In this document: positions 18,598-28,872 of the stretch, piece by piece
How the letters are laid out: each line of letters begins with the position of its first letter
How positions within the stretch are numbered: the stretch's first letter is position 1
NCBI GenBank assembly: GCA_043774805.1
Contig: JAYVTB010000151.1
Coordinates: 7-64,006, forward strand
From: Cyclobacteriaceae bacterium
GTDB lineage: Bacteria; Bacteroidota; Bacteroidia; Cytophagales; Cyclobacteriaceae
Reading direction: 5' to 3'
Length of the DNA stretch: 64,000 bases
Notes under the pieces: generated by a model
Database searches by the model: none
What the model saw: only the letters and a program-made list of their open reading frames with translations
What the model was told of the DNA's origin: nothing
Position numbers and translations under genes: made by a program

Positions 18598-20001
18598 ATG
18601 GAGTTACCCAGCGCGCCCCAGAAAAAAAGTAAACTTACTTTATACATCATCATTGCGTTGTTTGCCGGTATCGCGATGGGCTTTGTTCTTAATAAAAGTT
18701 ACATCAGCACAGAAAATCAATCCATTTCCGCTTTACAGAAAAATATTGATGAAGTGACAGAAACCATAAGCATTACTACCGATAGTCTGACACATGCACA
18801 ATTGATTGAAAAGAAAAAAAGTCTGAGCAAAGAACAAAGCGCTCTACTGACTGCACGTGATGACAAGGTTGAACCATTTTCTATACTGGCCGATATTTTT
18901 CTAAGGTTAATAAAAATGATTGTTGCTCCATTGGTTCTTACCACCCTTATTGTAGGTGTGGCAAAACTGGGCGATATCAATTCAGTAGGTCGGATTGGCG
19001 GCAAAACACTACTATGGTTTATCGGAGCATCACTCACCAGTTTGCTGTTGGGTTTGATTCTGGTTAACCTCTTTAAACCAGGCATTGCCATGGATCTTCC
19101 GTTACCGGATGTTACTGAAGATAGCGGTGTTGCTCGCGCAGGGTTAACATTGAAGGGATTCTTATACCATGTTTTTCCAACCAGCTTGATTGAAGCCATG
19201 GCGAAAAATGAAATTCTTCAAATTGTAGTATTCTCATTGTTCTTTGGGGTAGCCACTGCAGCCATTGGTGAACAAGGCAAGATCGTAATCAACTTTCTGG
19301 ATGCCGTAGCACACGTTATTTTGAGATTAACTGGCTACGTCATGGGCCTGGCACCTGTGGCTGTATTTGGTGCCATGGCAGCAATCATCGGCAAACAAGG
19401 TTTGGGAATATTAACTACCTACTCCATCTTCATTGGCGAGTTTTATTTAGGACTCCTCCTCCTCTGGATTGTTCTTGGTCTCGCAGGTTCAGTGGTCATT
19501 GGAAACCGAATCGTTACCCTTATTAAAACAGTAAGAGAACCCATCATTCTTGCATTTAGCACCTCCAGCAGCGAAGCCGCTTTTCCAAAAACTATGGAGT
19601 TGTTGCAGAAGTTTGGATGCAAAGACAAGATCGTAAGTTTCGTTCTGCCTTTGGGTTATTCATTCAACCTTGATGGCAGCATGATGTATATGACATTTGC
19701 TTCTTTATTCATTGCTCAATCCTATGGCATCGCCCTGTCTATCCCCACACAAATCTCGATGCTGCTTGTGCTGATGCTCACCAGTAAAGGAATTGCAGGA
19801 GTGCCAAGGGCATCTCTTGTGGTTATTGCCGGCACATTGGCAACCTTTGATATTCCTGAAGCAGGGCTTGCACTGTTATTGGGAATTGATCCTCTGTTGG
19901 ATATGGGAAGAAGTGCCACCAATGTTGTAGGAAATAGCATTGCAACGGCTGTTGTCAGCAAGTGGGAAAATTCGCTGGAAAAACCGGAAGTCGGGATTTA
20001 A
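18598..20001 (+). CDS. Dicarboxylate/amino acid:cation symporter (GltP/DctA family)
   Basis: FLRLIKMIVAPLV, AFSTSSSEA, PLGYSFNLDG, SKGIAGVPRAS. ATG at 18598 (ORF-track TTG at 18592). Confidence 0.92.
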   Translation: MELPSAPQKKSKLTLYIIIALFAGIAMGFVLNKSYISTENQSISALQKNIDEVTETISITTDSLTHAQLIEKKKSLSKEQSALLTARDDKVEPFSILADIFLRLIKMIVAPLVLTTLIVGVAKLGDINSVGRIGGKTLLWFIGASLTSLLLGLILVNLFKPGIAMDLPLPDVTEDSGVARAGLTLKGFLYHVFPTSLIEAMAKNEILQIVVFSLFFGVATAAIGEQGKIVINFLDAVAHVILRLTGYVMGLAPVAVFGAMAAIIGKQGLGILTTYSIFIGEFYLGLLLLWIVLGLAGSVVIGNRIVTLIKTVREPIILAFSTSSSEAAFPKTMELLQKFGCKDKIVSFVLPLGYSFNLDGSMMYMTFASLFIAQSYGIALSIPTQISMLLVLMLTSKGIAGVPRASLVVIAGTLATFDIPEAGLALLLGIDPLLDMGRSATNVVGNSIATAVVSKWENSLEKPEVGI

Positions 20002-20084
20002 AGCAATAAGTACTCTCGCCATTCAGGAATGAACTTAAAGTATTTAAATTTGTTCCTCTATTACTTCAAAAACATTGAAAAACT

Positions 20085-20660
20085 ATGCTTAAGGCTGCCC
20101 CCAAAAACATACATATCTATTTAGAATCAAACCCCAACCCGAATTCTTTAAAATTCGTGGTCAGCGAAATGCTGGTTCCTGAAGGAATGAGTTTTGATTT
20201 CCCTAATCCTGCTTCTGCAGAAGAAACTCCACTGGCTCAGGAATTATTCATGTATCCATATGTTGATCGCGTATTTTACATGAGCAATTTTATAACCGTT
20301 ACAAAAAAGGAAGATGTGGAGTGGTTAGAAATTCAGGAAACCATTAAAAGTCATATCCGCACATTTTTAGAATCTGGCAAATTGATTCTGGATCTGAAAG
20401 CACCCGCTGAAAATCCTCAGGAAGAAACGGAAACTATTAAAAAAATTAAAACCATCCTGGAAGAATACATTCGTCCGGCTGTAGAACAAGATGGTGGTGC
20501 GATTACCTTTCATTCTTATCACGACAAAAAAGTTACCGTAGCGCTACAGGGTTCATGTAGTGGTTGCCCATCATCTACCGTTACACTCAAGGCGGGGATT
20601 GAAAATCTTTTTAAGAAGATGATGCCAGAAGAAGTGCAGGAAGTGGAAGCACTTGGTTAA
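20085..20660 (+). CDS. NifU/Nfu-type Fe-S cluster carrier protein
   Basis: N-terminal E.NPNP.SLKF scaffold domain; C-terminal IRPAV..DGG and LQGSCSGCPSS. Confidence 0.9.
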   Translation: MLKAAPKNIHIYLESNPNPNSLKFVVSEMLVPEGMSFDFPNPASAEETPLAQELFMYPYVDRVFYMSNFITVTKKEDVEWLEIQETIKSHIRTFLESGKLILDLKAPAENPQEETETIKKIKTILEEYIRPAVEQDGGAITFHSYHDKKVTVALQGSCSGCPSSTVTLKAGIENLFKKMMPEEVQEVEALG

Positions 20661-20682
20661 GAAAAATAAGCCTATTTTTTAT

Positions 20683-20725
20683 AGCCGCTGATTCACAGAT
20701 CATTTTAACCTGTGAATCAGCGGCT
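20683..20725. repeat. REP-like hairpin, family 2
   Basis: Perfect 16-bp stem AGCCGCTGATTCACAG / CTGTGAATCAGCGGCT preceded by AT (ATAG foot). Confidence 0.75.
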
Positions 20726-20765
20726 CGATTTTTTAGTCTTCACTCATCCGCTAATATCTTTAACC

Positions 20766-21599
20766 ATGCGAAAACTAAACAGTCTTATCCTTTTACTATT
20801 TCTGGTGGTTTCTTCAAATGCGCAACCTGTGAAAGTGATGAGCTACAACATCCGGTTGGATACAAAGGTCGATGGCGTAAATCAGTGGGGCAACCGCATA
20901 GACAAAGTAAGCCAGCTAATCAAGCAAAATAATCCAGATCTCTTAGGCGTGCAGGAAGCCTTGCATAACCAAATGATGGATTTAAAAAGTAATCTTCCCG
21001 AATATGATTTTGTTGGCGTTGGCCGTGATGACGGAAAAGAGAAGGGTGAATACTCAGCCATCTTTTATAAAAGAGACAGGTTTGATGTGATCCAAACAAA
21101 AACATTCTGGCTATCTGAAACACCAGAAGTTCCGGGAAGCAAAGGTTGGGATGCCGCCATTACCCGCGTTGTAACCTACGCTATCTTAAAAAACAAATCA
21201 ACGGGAAAATCTTTTGCTTATTTCAATACCCATTTTGATCACATCGGCAAGGAGGCAAGAAAGAACAGCGCCAAACTGATTAAATCTCAGGTAGCCAAAA
21301 TAGCCAGCAAAAAAACTCCGGTAATTGTATCTGGTGATTTTAATTCCGAACCAACGGATGAGCCTTACAAAACCATGATCGATGGAACCGTGGTGAAATT
21401 ATTTGACTCGCGTCCAGTCAGTGATCTTACAGGCACCGCGTGTGGCTTTGAGGTGAGTGCCCAGAAGTGCAAAACCATTGACTACTTGTTTTACTCGACA
21501 CATTGGAAGACCGAAGGCTACGAGGTGATACAAGACCTTGACGGAAAATATTATCCATCGGATCACCTTCCGGTGATCGCATTATTTAATCTTAATTGA
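20766..21599 (+). CDS. Secreted endonuclease/exonuclease/phosphatase family protein; start ATG 20766
   Basis: Signal peptide, VMSYNIR, GVQEA, NTHFDH, GDFN, IDY, YPSDHLPV. Confidence 0.9.
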   Translation: MRKLNSLILLLFLVVSSNAQPVKVMSYNIRLDTKVDGVNQWGNRIDKVSQLIKQNNPDLLGVQEALHNQMMDLKSNLPEYDFVGVGRDDGKEKGEYSAIFYKRDRFDVIQTKTFWLSETPEVPGSKGWDAAITRVVTYAILKNKSTGKSFAYFNTHFDHIGKEARKNSAKLIKSQVAKIASKKTPVIVSGDFNSEPTDEPYKTMIDGTVVKLFDSRPVSDLTGTACGFEVSAQKCKTIDYLFYSTHWKTEGYEVIQDLDGKYYPSDHLPVIALFNLN

Positions 21600-21607
21600 T
21601 AAAAATT

Positions 21608-21653
21608 GATTCACAGATTCTACAATTGGTTATTCAGTGAATCTGTTGGCTAT
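21608..21653. repeat. REP-like hairpin, family 2 (degenerate)
   Basis: GATTCACAGATTC...CAGTGAATCTGTTGGCTAT, located between convergent genes. Confidence 0.6.
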
Positions 21654-21656
21654 TAA

Positions 21657-22535
21657 TTATTTCTTGTTGGCAAGATAGACTCCAACAAGGATTGCTGCCA
21701 TTCCAATGAAATGGCCCGGCAACAATTGCTCGCCATCAATCACTCCCCACATGACCGCCACAATCGGCATGATGTAGGTGACAGAACTTGCAAACAGCGG
21801 GGAGGATACACGCAGTAATTTATTGAAAAGCAAACCGGCAACGGCTGTGCCCATGAACGCGAGCAACACAATAAAGCCAAACGCTTTCCAGGCACCAGGT
21901 TGATGTGTCAATGTGTAAATGAAATCCGTAAAGAAAAAAAGGTAGGTGGCAGCAAGAGGTCCGACAAATAAAATAGATATACTGGTGATGGTGATTGATC
22001 CTAAGTCATGAATTTTAAATTTCACCCAATTGAGATTGGCGCCATAGAAAGCACAAGCAACAACAATAAGAAGCGCATAAACATTAAATCCTGTTATCGT
22101 TCCACCGCTCCGTGATAATGCGAGCATGATCGCACCAACAAAAGAAAGAATAATGCCCAGGACGGCATATCCGCGAAAGCGCTGTGTGAAGAAAAGAGCT
22201 CCCAGTATCATTGTCCATAGAGGAGAGAGTGTATTTAAAATTCCAGTCAGTGAACTATTCAATTTTGTTTGCGCAAAGGCAAAAAGAAATGCAGGAAAAA
22301 ATATTCCCATTAAGCCAGACACTAATAACCTGAATGGATCACCGGGTTTCAATTCTTTGATTCGTGGAATCGCCAGGGGAAATAAAAACAGAGCAGCGGC
22401 AGTTACACGTAGTGCACCAACAATATCAGGTGAAAATGCCTTAAGACCTTGTTTGATCAAAATAAATGAGGTGCCCCAGATCAACGACAATGTAAGGAGC
22501 AGAATAAGAGCCGGGACGTTCTTGTTTTGAGACAT
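21657..22535 (-). CDS. DMT/EamA family transporter; start ATG 22535
   Basis: LSLIWGTSF, about 10 hydrophobic segments, ASSVTYIMPIVAVMWG..DGE. Confidence 0.9.
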   Translation of the reverse strand: MSQNKNVPALILLLTLSLIWGTSFILIKQGLKAFSPDIVGALRVTAAALFLFPLAIPRIKELKPGDPFRLLVSGLMGIFFPAFLFAFAQTKLNSSLTGILNTLSPLWTMILGALFFTQRFRGYAVLGIILSFVGAIMLALSRSGGTITGFNVYALLIVVACAFYGANLNWVKFKIHDLGSITITSISILFVGPLAATYLFFFTDFIYTLTHQPGAWKAFGFIVLLAFMGTAVAGLLFNKLLRVSSPLFASSVTYIMPIVAVMWGVIDGEQLLPGHFIGMAAILVGVYLANKK

Positions 22536-22627
22536 TGTTGAGATATAAACTGGGGAGCTGAAAAGCGGTGACAAAGAACGATAATCACCTCACTAATTCA
22601 AATGCGCTTTGTTGCTATTATTTAAGG

Positions 22628-23617
22628 CTACACGGCCACGTCACTAAAGACGTTGATGATTTCATCCAGCACCTGATTTATTTCTCCAACCGTTAGTGCC
22701 TCAACCAGCCGAGTTCTGTAGGGTTTAAAATCCGGTGTGCCTTTGAAGTAGTTTGTGTAATGTCTGCGCATTTCAAAAATGCCAAGCTTATCTCCTTTCC
22801 AACGAATAGAAAACTCAAGATGCTTTCGTGTAATATTTACTCGCTCCGTCATATCGGGTGGAAGGAGTATCTCACCCGTTTTGAAATAATGCTTGATCTC
22901 ATTGAAAACCCAGGGCGAACCAATGGCTGCTCGACCAATCATTATTCCATCAATGCCGTAGCGATTGCGATACTCTGCCGCTTTTTGTGGTGAATCGATA
23001 TCGCCATTTCCAAACACCGGAATGTGCATGCGTGGATTTTCTTTGATCTTGCCAATCAGTTCCCAATCAGCTGAGCCTTTATACATCTGAACGCGCGTGC
23101 GACCGTGAATCGTAAGCGCCTTGATTCCAATATCCTGTAAGCGTTCTGCAACGTCAACCACATTCTTAGTGGAGTCATCCCAGCCTAGTCTTGTTTTCAC
23201 GGTTACGGGAAGGTGGGTGGCCTTTACAATTTCTTCCGTCATTTTCACCATCTTAGGAATATCCTGAAGCAATGCTGCTCCGGCACCACGACACGCCACT
23301 GCCTTTACCGGACAACCATAGTTGATATCAATCAAATCAGGGTTTACCTCCGTAGCAATCTCTGCCGACTGTACCATATTGCCAATATCTCCACCAAACA
23401 ACTGAATGCCAATGGGACGTTCGTATTCAAATATGTCTAGCTTTTGACGACTTTTTGCTGCATCGCGAATTAATCCTTCGGAAGAAATGAACTCCGTGTA
23501 CATCAAATCCGCACCCCCCTCTTTGCAAACGGCACGAAAGGGTGGATCACTAACGTCCTCCATAGGCGCAAGCAGAAGTGGAAACTCTCCTAACTCAATG
23601 TCACCGATCTTTGTCAA
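22628..23617 (-). CDS. dusB: tRNA dihydrouridine synthase DusB
   Basis: LAPMEDVSD, DINYGCP, TVKTRLGWD, IHGRT, GNGDI, MIGRAAIG. Confidence 0.93.
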   Translation of the reverse strand: MTKIGDIELGEFPLLLAPMEDVSDPPFRAVCKEGGADLMYTEFISSEGLIRDAAKSRQKLDIFEYERPIGIQLFGGDIGNMVQSAEIATEVNPDLIDINYGCPVKAVACRGAGAALLQDIPKMVKMTEEIVKATHLPVTVKTRLGWDDSTKNVVDVAERLQDIGIKALTIHGRTRVQMYKGSADWELIGKIKENPRMHIPVFGNGDIDSPQKAAEYRNRYGIDGIMIGRAAIGSPWVFNEIKHYFKTGEILLPPDMTERVNITRKHLEFSIRWKGDKLGIFEMRRHYTNYFKGTPDFKPYRTRLVEALTVGEINQVLDEIINVFSDVAV

Positions 23618-23677
23618 GTTTGATAATTTGGTTAAAACTATGTTGTTTGCGGGGGCAAAATTAACTCTTTTGTTGAG

Positions 23678-24613
23678 ATGTCGGAACTGACAGGAATTTC
23701 AAATAGGCCAGCATGGTTATCCATTATTTTAGTACTCATAACCGCCACTCTTGGCTTTGTAGTAATCGGTCCGCTCATCGGCTTTTTGGTGGCCATGCCA
23801 TTTTATGATGGCTCCCTGTTTGACCTCACCTCTAAATTAACCGATCCTGTTTCGCACCCTGAAGTACGAATACCGATTCTGATCATGCAAGGTTGTGCCA
23901 CCTTGATCGGGCTGATACTGATTCCGGCTTTATATGTCAGCTCCATCGAAAAAAAGAATCCCTTATCCTGGATTACTGAGAAGGCTCAACCGATGTTGAT
24001 GATAGCAGTAACCGTACTCATCGTACTGTCCTTCATGGCTATCAACTCTATATTTATTGAATGGAATGCCAATTTTGTCTTCCCGGATTTTCTTAAAGAA
24101 TTTGGAGATTGGGCACGCGAGCACGAGAAGCAAGGAGAAGAACTCACTAAATTTTTCACCACCTTCAATTCAACAGGAGATTTTCTGATAGGTGTATTTG
24201 TTATTGCATTCCTGCCTGCCATTGGCGAAGAATTAGTATTCCGCGGCATGCTACAACCTGAAGTCTATCGCGCCACCGGCAATCAACATATTGCCATTTG
24301 GATTTCGGCTATCGTCTTTAGTGCATTTCATGTTCAGTTTTTTGGGTTCGTTCCACGCATGTTGTTAGGTGCGCTATTCGGATACCTCTACATATGGTCC
24401 GGGCATTTCTTAATTCCAGTAGTGGCTCATTTTGTCAATAATGGATTTTCCGTTCTGATGATATATCTGTTTCAGAAAGGGGTGATTACTGTGGATATGG
24501 AAACTCCTGAAGCAGTGCCACTTCCATTTGTCGCAAGCCTTACCGTGCTGTTTGCTGGACTTATGGTCTATTTTAAAAAATATTACAGTACTCATAATCC
24601 AGCCACCGAGTGA
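23678..24613 (+). CDS. CPBP family intramembrane metalloprotease
   Basis: PAIGEELVFRG, FSAFH, AHFVNN. Confidence 0.9.
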   Translation: MSELTGISNRPAWLSIILVLITATLGFVVIGPLIGFLVAMPFYDGSLFDLTSKLTDPVSHPEVRIPILIMQGCATLIGLILIPALYVSSIEKKNPLSWITEKAQPMLMIAVTVLIVLSFMAINSIFIEWNANFVFPDFLKEFGDWAREHEKQGEELTKFFTTFNSTGDFLIGVFVIAFLPAIGEELVFRGMLQPEVYRATGNQHIAIWISAIVFSAFHVQFFGFVPRMLLGALFGYLYIWSGHFLIPVVAHFVNNGFSVLMIYLFQKGVITVDMETPEAVPLPFVASLTVLFAGLMVYFKKYYSTHNPATE

Positions 24614-25455
24614 CGACCTCAAAGAAATTCACGAATCTTTCGCAGCGATTTATTACCGCGCTATTAGGTGCTGCAGGCATCGTCTTCAGCATCATGTTTA
24701 GTGAGTGGACATATTTTTTCGTGTTTTTTATCATTTGTCTTTTTGCACTATTAGAGTTTTATAAACTCTCAGGCCTGGATGGCATGATTCCACAAAAGAC
24801 GTTTGGAACGATCTGCGGGATATTAATTTTTTGCCTTTCGTTCTTTATTGAACGTGGGGACATTTCCTATCGCTACTACTTCCTGATTTTCCCGGTGGTG
24901 TCGTGCGTGTATATGATCAAGCTCTATAAAAAGAAAGAGCGAAAGCCCTTCACCAACATCGCTTTCACATTCCTTGGTATATTTTATGTTGCTGTGCCGA
25001 TCGCATTGCTCAACATCGCCACATTTGAAAACCAAGTGTATGACTACCAGATTATTTTCGGTTGTTTATTTATTCTTTGGGCCAGCGATACCGGGGCTTA
25101 TTTTGCCGGTTCCCTATTTGGAAAACGAAAACTATTTGAACGCATCTCACCAAAAAAATCCTGGGAAGGTTTTGCCGGTGGCGCAGTACTGGCAATGGCC
25201 TTTGCCTACGGATTGCCCTACTTTTTTTCTTCTATAGGGCACGAACCAACCATACGTTCATGGCAATGGATGGTGATTGGAGTAATCATAGTTATTGGCG
25301 GCACCTTTGGCGATCTGGTAGAATCTCTCCTTAAACGAAGTATTGAAATCAAGGACTCCGGCAGCAGCTTGCCAGGCCACGGTGGCTTTCTTGATCGCTT
25401 TGATGGGTTATTAATTTCCGCCCCGTTTATCGTGGCTTTTTTGGAGATTTTTTAA
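24610..25455 (+). CDS. cdsA: Phosphatidate cytidylyltransferase
   Basis: WASDTGAY, ISPKKSWEG, GDLVESLLKR...KDSG..LPGHGGFLDRFD. Confidence 0.95.
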   Translation: MTTSKKFTNLSQRFITALLGAAGIVFSIMFSEWTYFFVFFIICLFALLEFYKLSGLDGMIPQKTFGTICGILIFCLSFFIERGDISYRYYFLIFPVVSCVYMIKLYKKKERKPFTNIAFTFLGIFYVAVPIALLNIATFENQVYDYQIIFGCLFILWASDTGAYFAGSLFGKRKLFERISPKKSWEGFAGGAVLAMAFAYGLPYFFSSIGHEPTIRSWQWMVIGVIIVIGGTFGDLVESLLKRSIEIKDSGSSLPGHGGFLDRFDGLLISAPFIVAFLEIF

Positions 25456-25498
25456 CCGATTTCGCGACCCATACTTCTTTACCGGCATCTTATTTCTA

Positions 25499-25506
25499 TA
25501 TCTTTG
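25499..25506 (+). promoter_or_regulatory. Bacteroidota -7 promoter element upstream of gdh
   Basis: TATCTTTG matches TAnnTTTG. Confidence 0.6.
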
Positions 25507-25585
25507 CAACCGTTTTAGGGGGCCTTTTTTAGCGGATTTTAGCCAAAAGACCCAGACCTAATAAAACTTAAAAATCTGGCACTTT

Positions 25586-26860
25586 ATGGCATATATTGAA
25601 CCCGCTCCGATTGTTGACAAGGAAAATCCTTTCGAAGCAATGATGTCTCGTTTTCATACGGCTTCGCAAATTTTAGGACTTGAAGATGAAGTTTATAATG
25701 TACTGAAGTCTCCCGCCAAACAGGTAATCGTCTCTTTACCGGTTACGATGGATGATGGAAGCATAAAAGTATTTGAAGGATACCGGGTAATACACTCCAC
25801 GATATTAGGCCCCTCCAAAGGGGGCATCCGTTTCGATCCCCATGTAAATCTTGATGAAGTAAAAGCACTGGCCGCCTGGATGACCTGGAAATGTGCCGTT
25901 GTTGACATTCCTTATGGTGGCGCCAAAGGTGGAGTTGCCTGCAACCCGCGCGAAATGTCGGCCGGTGAAATTGAGCGACTGATGCGTTCTTATACACAGG
26001 CAATGATGGATGTTTTTGGTCCTGATCAGGATATTCCTGCCCCTGATATGGGGACGGGTCCTCGTGAAATGGCCTGGTTGATGGACCAATACTCAAGAAA
26101 TAAAGGTATGACGGTAGCTTCTGTAGTTACGGGCAAACCAATTGTAATGGGAGGATCATTAGGAAGAACCGAAGCCACCGGTCGTGGCGTAATGGTCTCT
26201 GCGCTGGCCGCGATGGAGAAACTAAAGATCAACCCCTATAATGCTACCTGTGCAGTACAGGGATTTGGAAACGTGGGCTCGTGGGCCGCAAGACTGCTGG
26301 CCGAAAGAGGTTTGAAAATAGTAGCAGTCAGCGATATCTCAGGTGCCTATTACAATGAAAACGGTATCGACATAGAATCCGCAGTGGTTTATCGCGATAA
26401 GAACAAGGGTTCTTTGGAGGGGTATGCTGAAGTGCAAAAAATAGCAGGCCATGATCTTTTAACCTTACCAGTAGATTTACTAGTGCCCGCTGCTACTGAA
26501 GACGTTATTACTCATGCAAATGCAGGAAAAATTCAGGCAAAACTAATTGTGGAGGGTGCAAATGGACCTACATCATCGAAAGCAGACAGTATTATTTATG
26601 AGAAAGGTATCAGCGTGGTGCCTGATATTCTTGCCAATGCCGGTGGCGTAACCGTTTCCTATTTTGAGTGGGTGCAAAACCGTTTGGGGTATAAGTGGAC
26701 TGCCGAGCGGGTAAACCGCAGAAGCGACCGGATTATGAAAGACGCATTCAATATTGTATATAAAACAGCCGTGCAATACAAAGTATCATTGCGTATTGCT
26801 GCGTATATGGTTGCCATCGATAAAGTAGCAAAGACCTATAAATTCCGCGGAGGCTTCTAA
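25586..26860 (+). CDS. gdhA: Glutamate dehydrogenase (Glu/Leu/Phe/Val dehydrogenase family)
   Basis: GPSKGGIRF, PYGGAKGG, DIPAPD, GRTEATG, QGFGNVG, EGANGP, PDILANAGGV. Confidence 0.92.
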   Translation: MAYIEPAPIVDKENPFEAMMSRFHTASQILGLEDEVYNVLKSPAKQVIVSLPVTMDDGSIKVFEGYRVIHSTILGPSKGGIRFDPHVNLDEVKALAAWMTWKCAVVDIPYGGAKGGVACNPREMSAGEIERLMRSYTQAMMDVFGPDQDIPAPDMGTGPREMAWLMDQYSRNKGMTVASVVTGKPIVMGGSLGRTEATGRGVMVSALAAMEKLKINPYNATCAVQGFGNVGSWAARLLAERGLKIVAVSDISGAYYNENGIDIESAVVYRDKNKGSLEGYAEVQKIAGHDLLTLPVDLLVPAATEDVITHANAGKIQAKLIVEGANGPTSSKADSIIYEKGISVVPDILANAGGVTVSYFEWVQNRLGYKWTAERVNRRSDRIMKDAFNIVYKTAVQYKVSLRIAAYMVAIDKVAKTYKFRGGF

Positions 26861-26904
26861 TCCATTACAGCAAGGATTTGTTATGAGTTAAGGGTTTGTG
26901 CCCT

Positions 26905-26912
26905 TACCTTTG
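26905..26912 (+). promoter_or_regulatory. Bacteroidota -7 promoter element upstream of psd
   Basis: TACCTTTG; supports ATG 26931 as the true start. Confidence 0.6.
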
Positions 26913-26930
26913 CGCATTAATTTACTGATC

Positions 26931-27587
26931 ATGACCATTCATCGCGAAGGCCGCACGTTGTTGTTTATTCTGCTTTTGGCTCTTTTTGCGCTTAACTGGG
27001 CTATTTCCCGCTACTTTACAGATGCCATTGTCTTACAAAATATCGTAATGGGCATAAGCATAATATTTTATCTCCTTATCCTCCAATTCTTCCGTATTCC
27101 TGTTTTTGAAATCCAAAAGGATACAAAAAAAGTATTGGCTCCAGCCGATGGAAAAGTGGTCGTGATCGAGGAAACAGACGAAACTGAATATCTGAAATCC
27201 AGGAGAAAGCAAATATCCATTTTCATGTCACCGGTAAACGTTCACGTAAATCGCATGCCAGTGGCCGGTTCTGTCTCTTACTTCAAATATCATCCAGGTA
27301 AATATTTAGTGGCATGGCACCCAAAATCAAGCACTGAAAATGAGCGCACCACCGTGGTGGCAAAAATGAATAATGGCACCGAAATCTTATTCAGACAAAT
27401 TGCCGGTGCACTTGCGCGTAGAATAAAATACTATGTGAAGGAAGGACAAAAACTGGAGCAGGGAGATGAGTTTGGTTTCATCAAGTTTGGTTCCCGGGTT
27501 GATATTTTCCTGCCACTGGATGCAAAAGTGACTGTTCAGGTGGGGCAGGTCACCAAAGGAGGCAAAACTGTAATCGCTGAGTTCTGA
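26931..27587 (+). CDS. psd: Phosphatidylserine decarboxylase proenzyme (short type); start ATG 26931
   Basis: APADGKVV, IFMSPVNVHVNR, ENERT, IKFGSRVD self-cleavage motif. Confidence 0.92.
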   Translation: MTIHREGRTLLFILLLALFALNWAISRYFTDAIVLQNIVMGISIIFYLLILQFFRIPVFEIQKDTKKVLAPADGKVVVIEETDETEYLKSRRKQISIFMSPVNVHVNRMPVAGSVSYFKYHPGKYLVAWHPKSSTENERTTVVAKMNNGTEILFRQIAGALARRIKYYVKEGQKLEQGDEFGFIKFGSRVDIFLPLDAKVTVQVGQVTKGGKTVIAEF

Positions 27588-27730
27588 TTACCATCGCTGG
27601 GACCAAAAATACCGTTTTTCAAAAATCTTAACCCTTGGATTTTTATCTTTACTCAAATGCGTACCTTTAGAAATTCGGTTTTTCACATTTCGCAAGATCA
27701 TACTTAGAAAGATAACTCATCAATACCTCT

Positions 27731-28855
27731 ATGAGTATTAACCTCAATTTAAAGTTTGCCAATAAGCAACAGGATTTCTTTATCACGCTCAACCAGCGCG
27801 TTAATCAATACTTCAAATCGAATAACAAAGAGCGCACTGGAAACGCGGAGATGGTGATAAAAACCATTGTGATGTTTTCGATTTATTTTATTCCCTATTT
27901 TATATTGATCTCCGGTGTTGTTTCAAATGTATGGGGCATGTTGGGTCTTTGTGCCATTATGGGTTTTGGCCTTGCCGGGATTGGTCTCTCCGTCATGCAT
28001 GATGCAAACCACAGAGCCTATTCGAACAAAAGTTGGGTAAATAATTTAATGAGTCTTTCGCTCAATCTGGTTGGCGGCCACGCCACGAATTGGAAAGTTC
28101 AGCATAATGTGCTTCACCACACTTACACTAACATACACGATGTAGATGAAGATATCAGCCCTCGCGGTATTATCAGAATGGGCCCCGAATCAAAATGGAA
28201 GCCCATTCACAAATTTCAGCACTATTACGCCTGGTTCTTTTATGGATTCATGACCTTGGTTTGGGTGATCAGCAAAGACTTTGCAAGAATGATTAAATAT
28301 CAGCGCGAGGGACTGATAAAAAAACAACGTACCACCGCCACCAAAGAATGGATGGTAATGCTTGCCACCAAACTGGTTTATTACGGATACATCTTTGTCA
28401 TTCCAATGCTCCTGCTTCCTGTAACATTTGGTCAGTTTTTGATTGGGTTTTTTGTGATGCACTATATTGGTGGATTTATTTTAGCCATAATCTTTCAACC
28501 GGCCCACGTGGTGGAAGGAACAGATTATCCCATGCCTGATGAAAATGGAAATCTCGAAAACAATTGGGCCATTCATCAGCTTTGCACGACAACCAACTTT
28601 GGTCACCGGGCTAAATTTTTCTCCTGGTATGTGGGTGGATTAAACTATCAGGTTGAACACCACTTATTCCCAAATATTTGTCATGTTCATTATCGCGAAA
28701 TAGCCAAGATTGTTGAACAAACTGCCAAAGAATTCGGGTTACCCTATAAATCAAAAGAAACCTTTATCGAAGCGGTTGTTGCCCACGCAAAACAATTGAA
28801 GATTCTTAGCGAGAAACCTAAAAGGGTATTGGCATCCGTCTCGGTTGCCGCCTGA
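27731..28855 (+). CDS. Membrane fatty-acid (acyl-CoA) desaturase
   Basis: Three His boxes: HDANH, HNVLHH and QVEHHLFP. Confidence 0.92.
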   Translation: MSINLNLKFANKQQDFFITLNQRVNQYFKSNNKERTGNAEMVIKTIVMFSIYFIPYFILISGVVSNVWGMLGLCAIMGFGLAGIGLSVMHDANHRAYSNKSWVNNLMSLSLNLVGGHATNWKVQHNVLHHTYTNIHDVDEDISPRGIIRMGPESKWKPIHKFQHYYAWFFYGFMTLVWVISKDFARMIKYQREGLIKKQRTTATKEWMVMLATKLVYYGYIFVIPMLLLPVTFGQFLIGFFVMHYIGGFILAIIFQPAHVVEGTDYPMPDENGNLENNWAIHQLCTTTNFGHRAKFFSWYVGGLNYQVEHHLFPNICHVHYREIAKIVEQTAKEFGLPYKSKETFIEAVVAHAKQLKILSEKPKRVLASVSVAA

Positions 28856-28872
28856 TTGAAACACGAAGTGCT

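Noticed and set aside
18717-19199. 160-aa antisense ORF within the symporter gene
   Set aside because: Shadow frame of a well-conserved gene, with no motifs.
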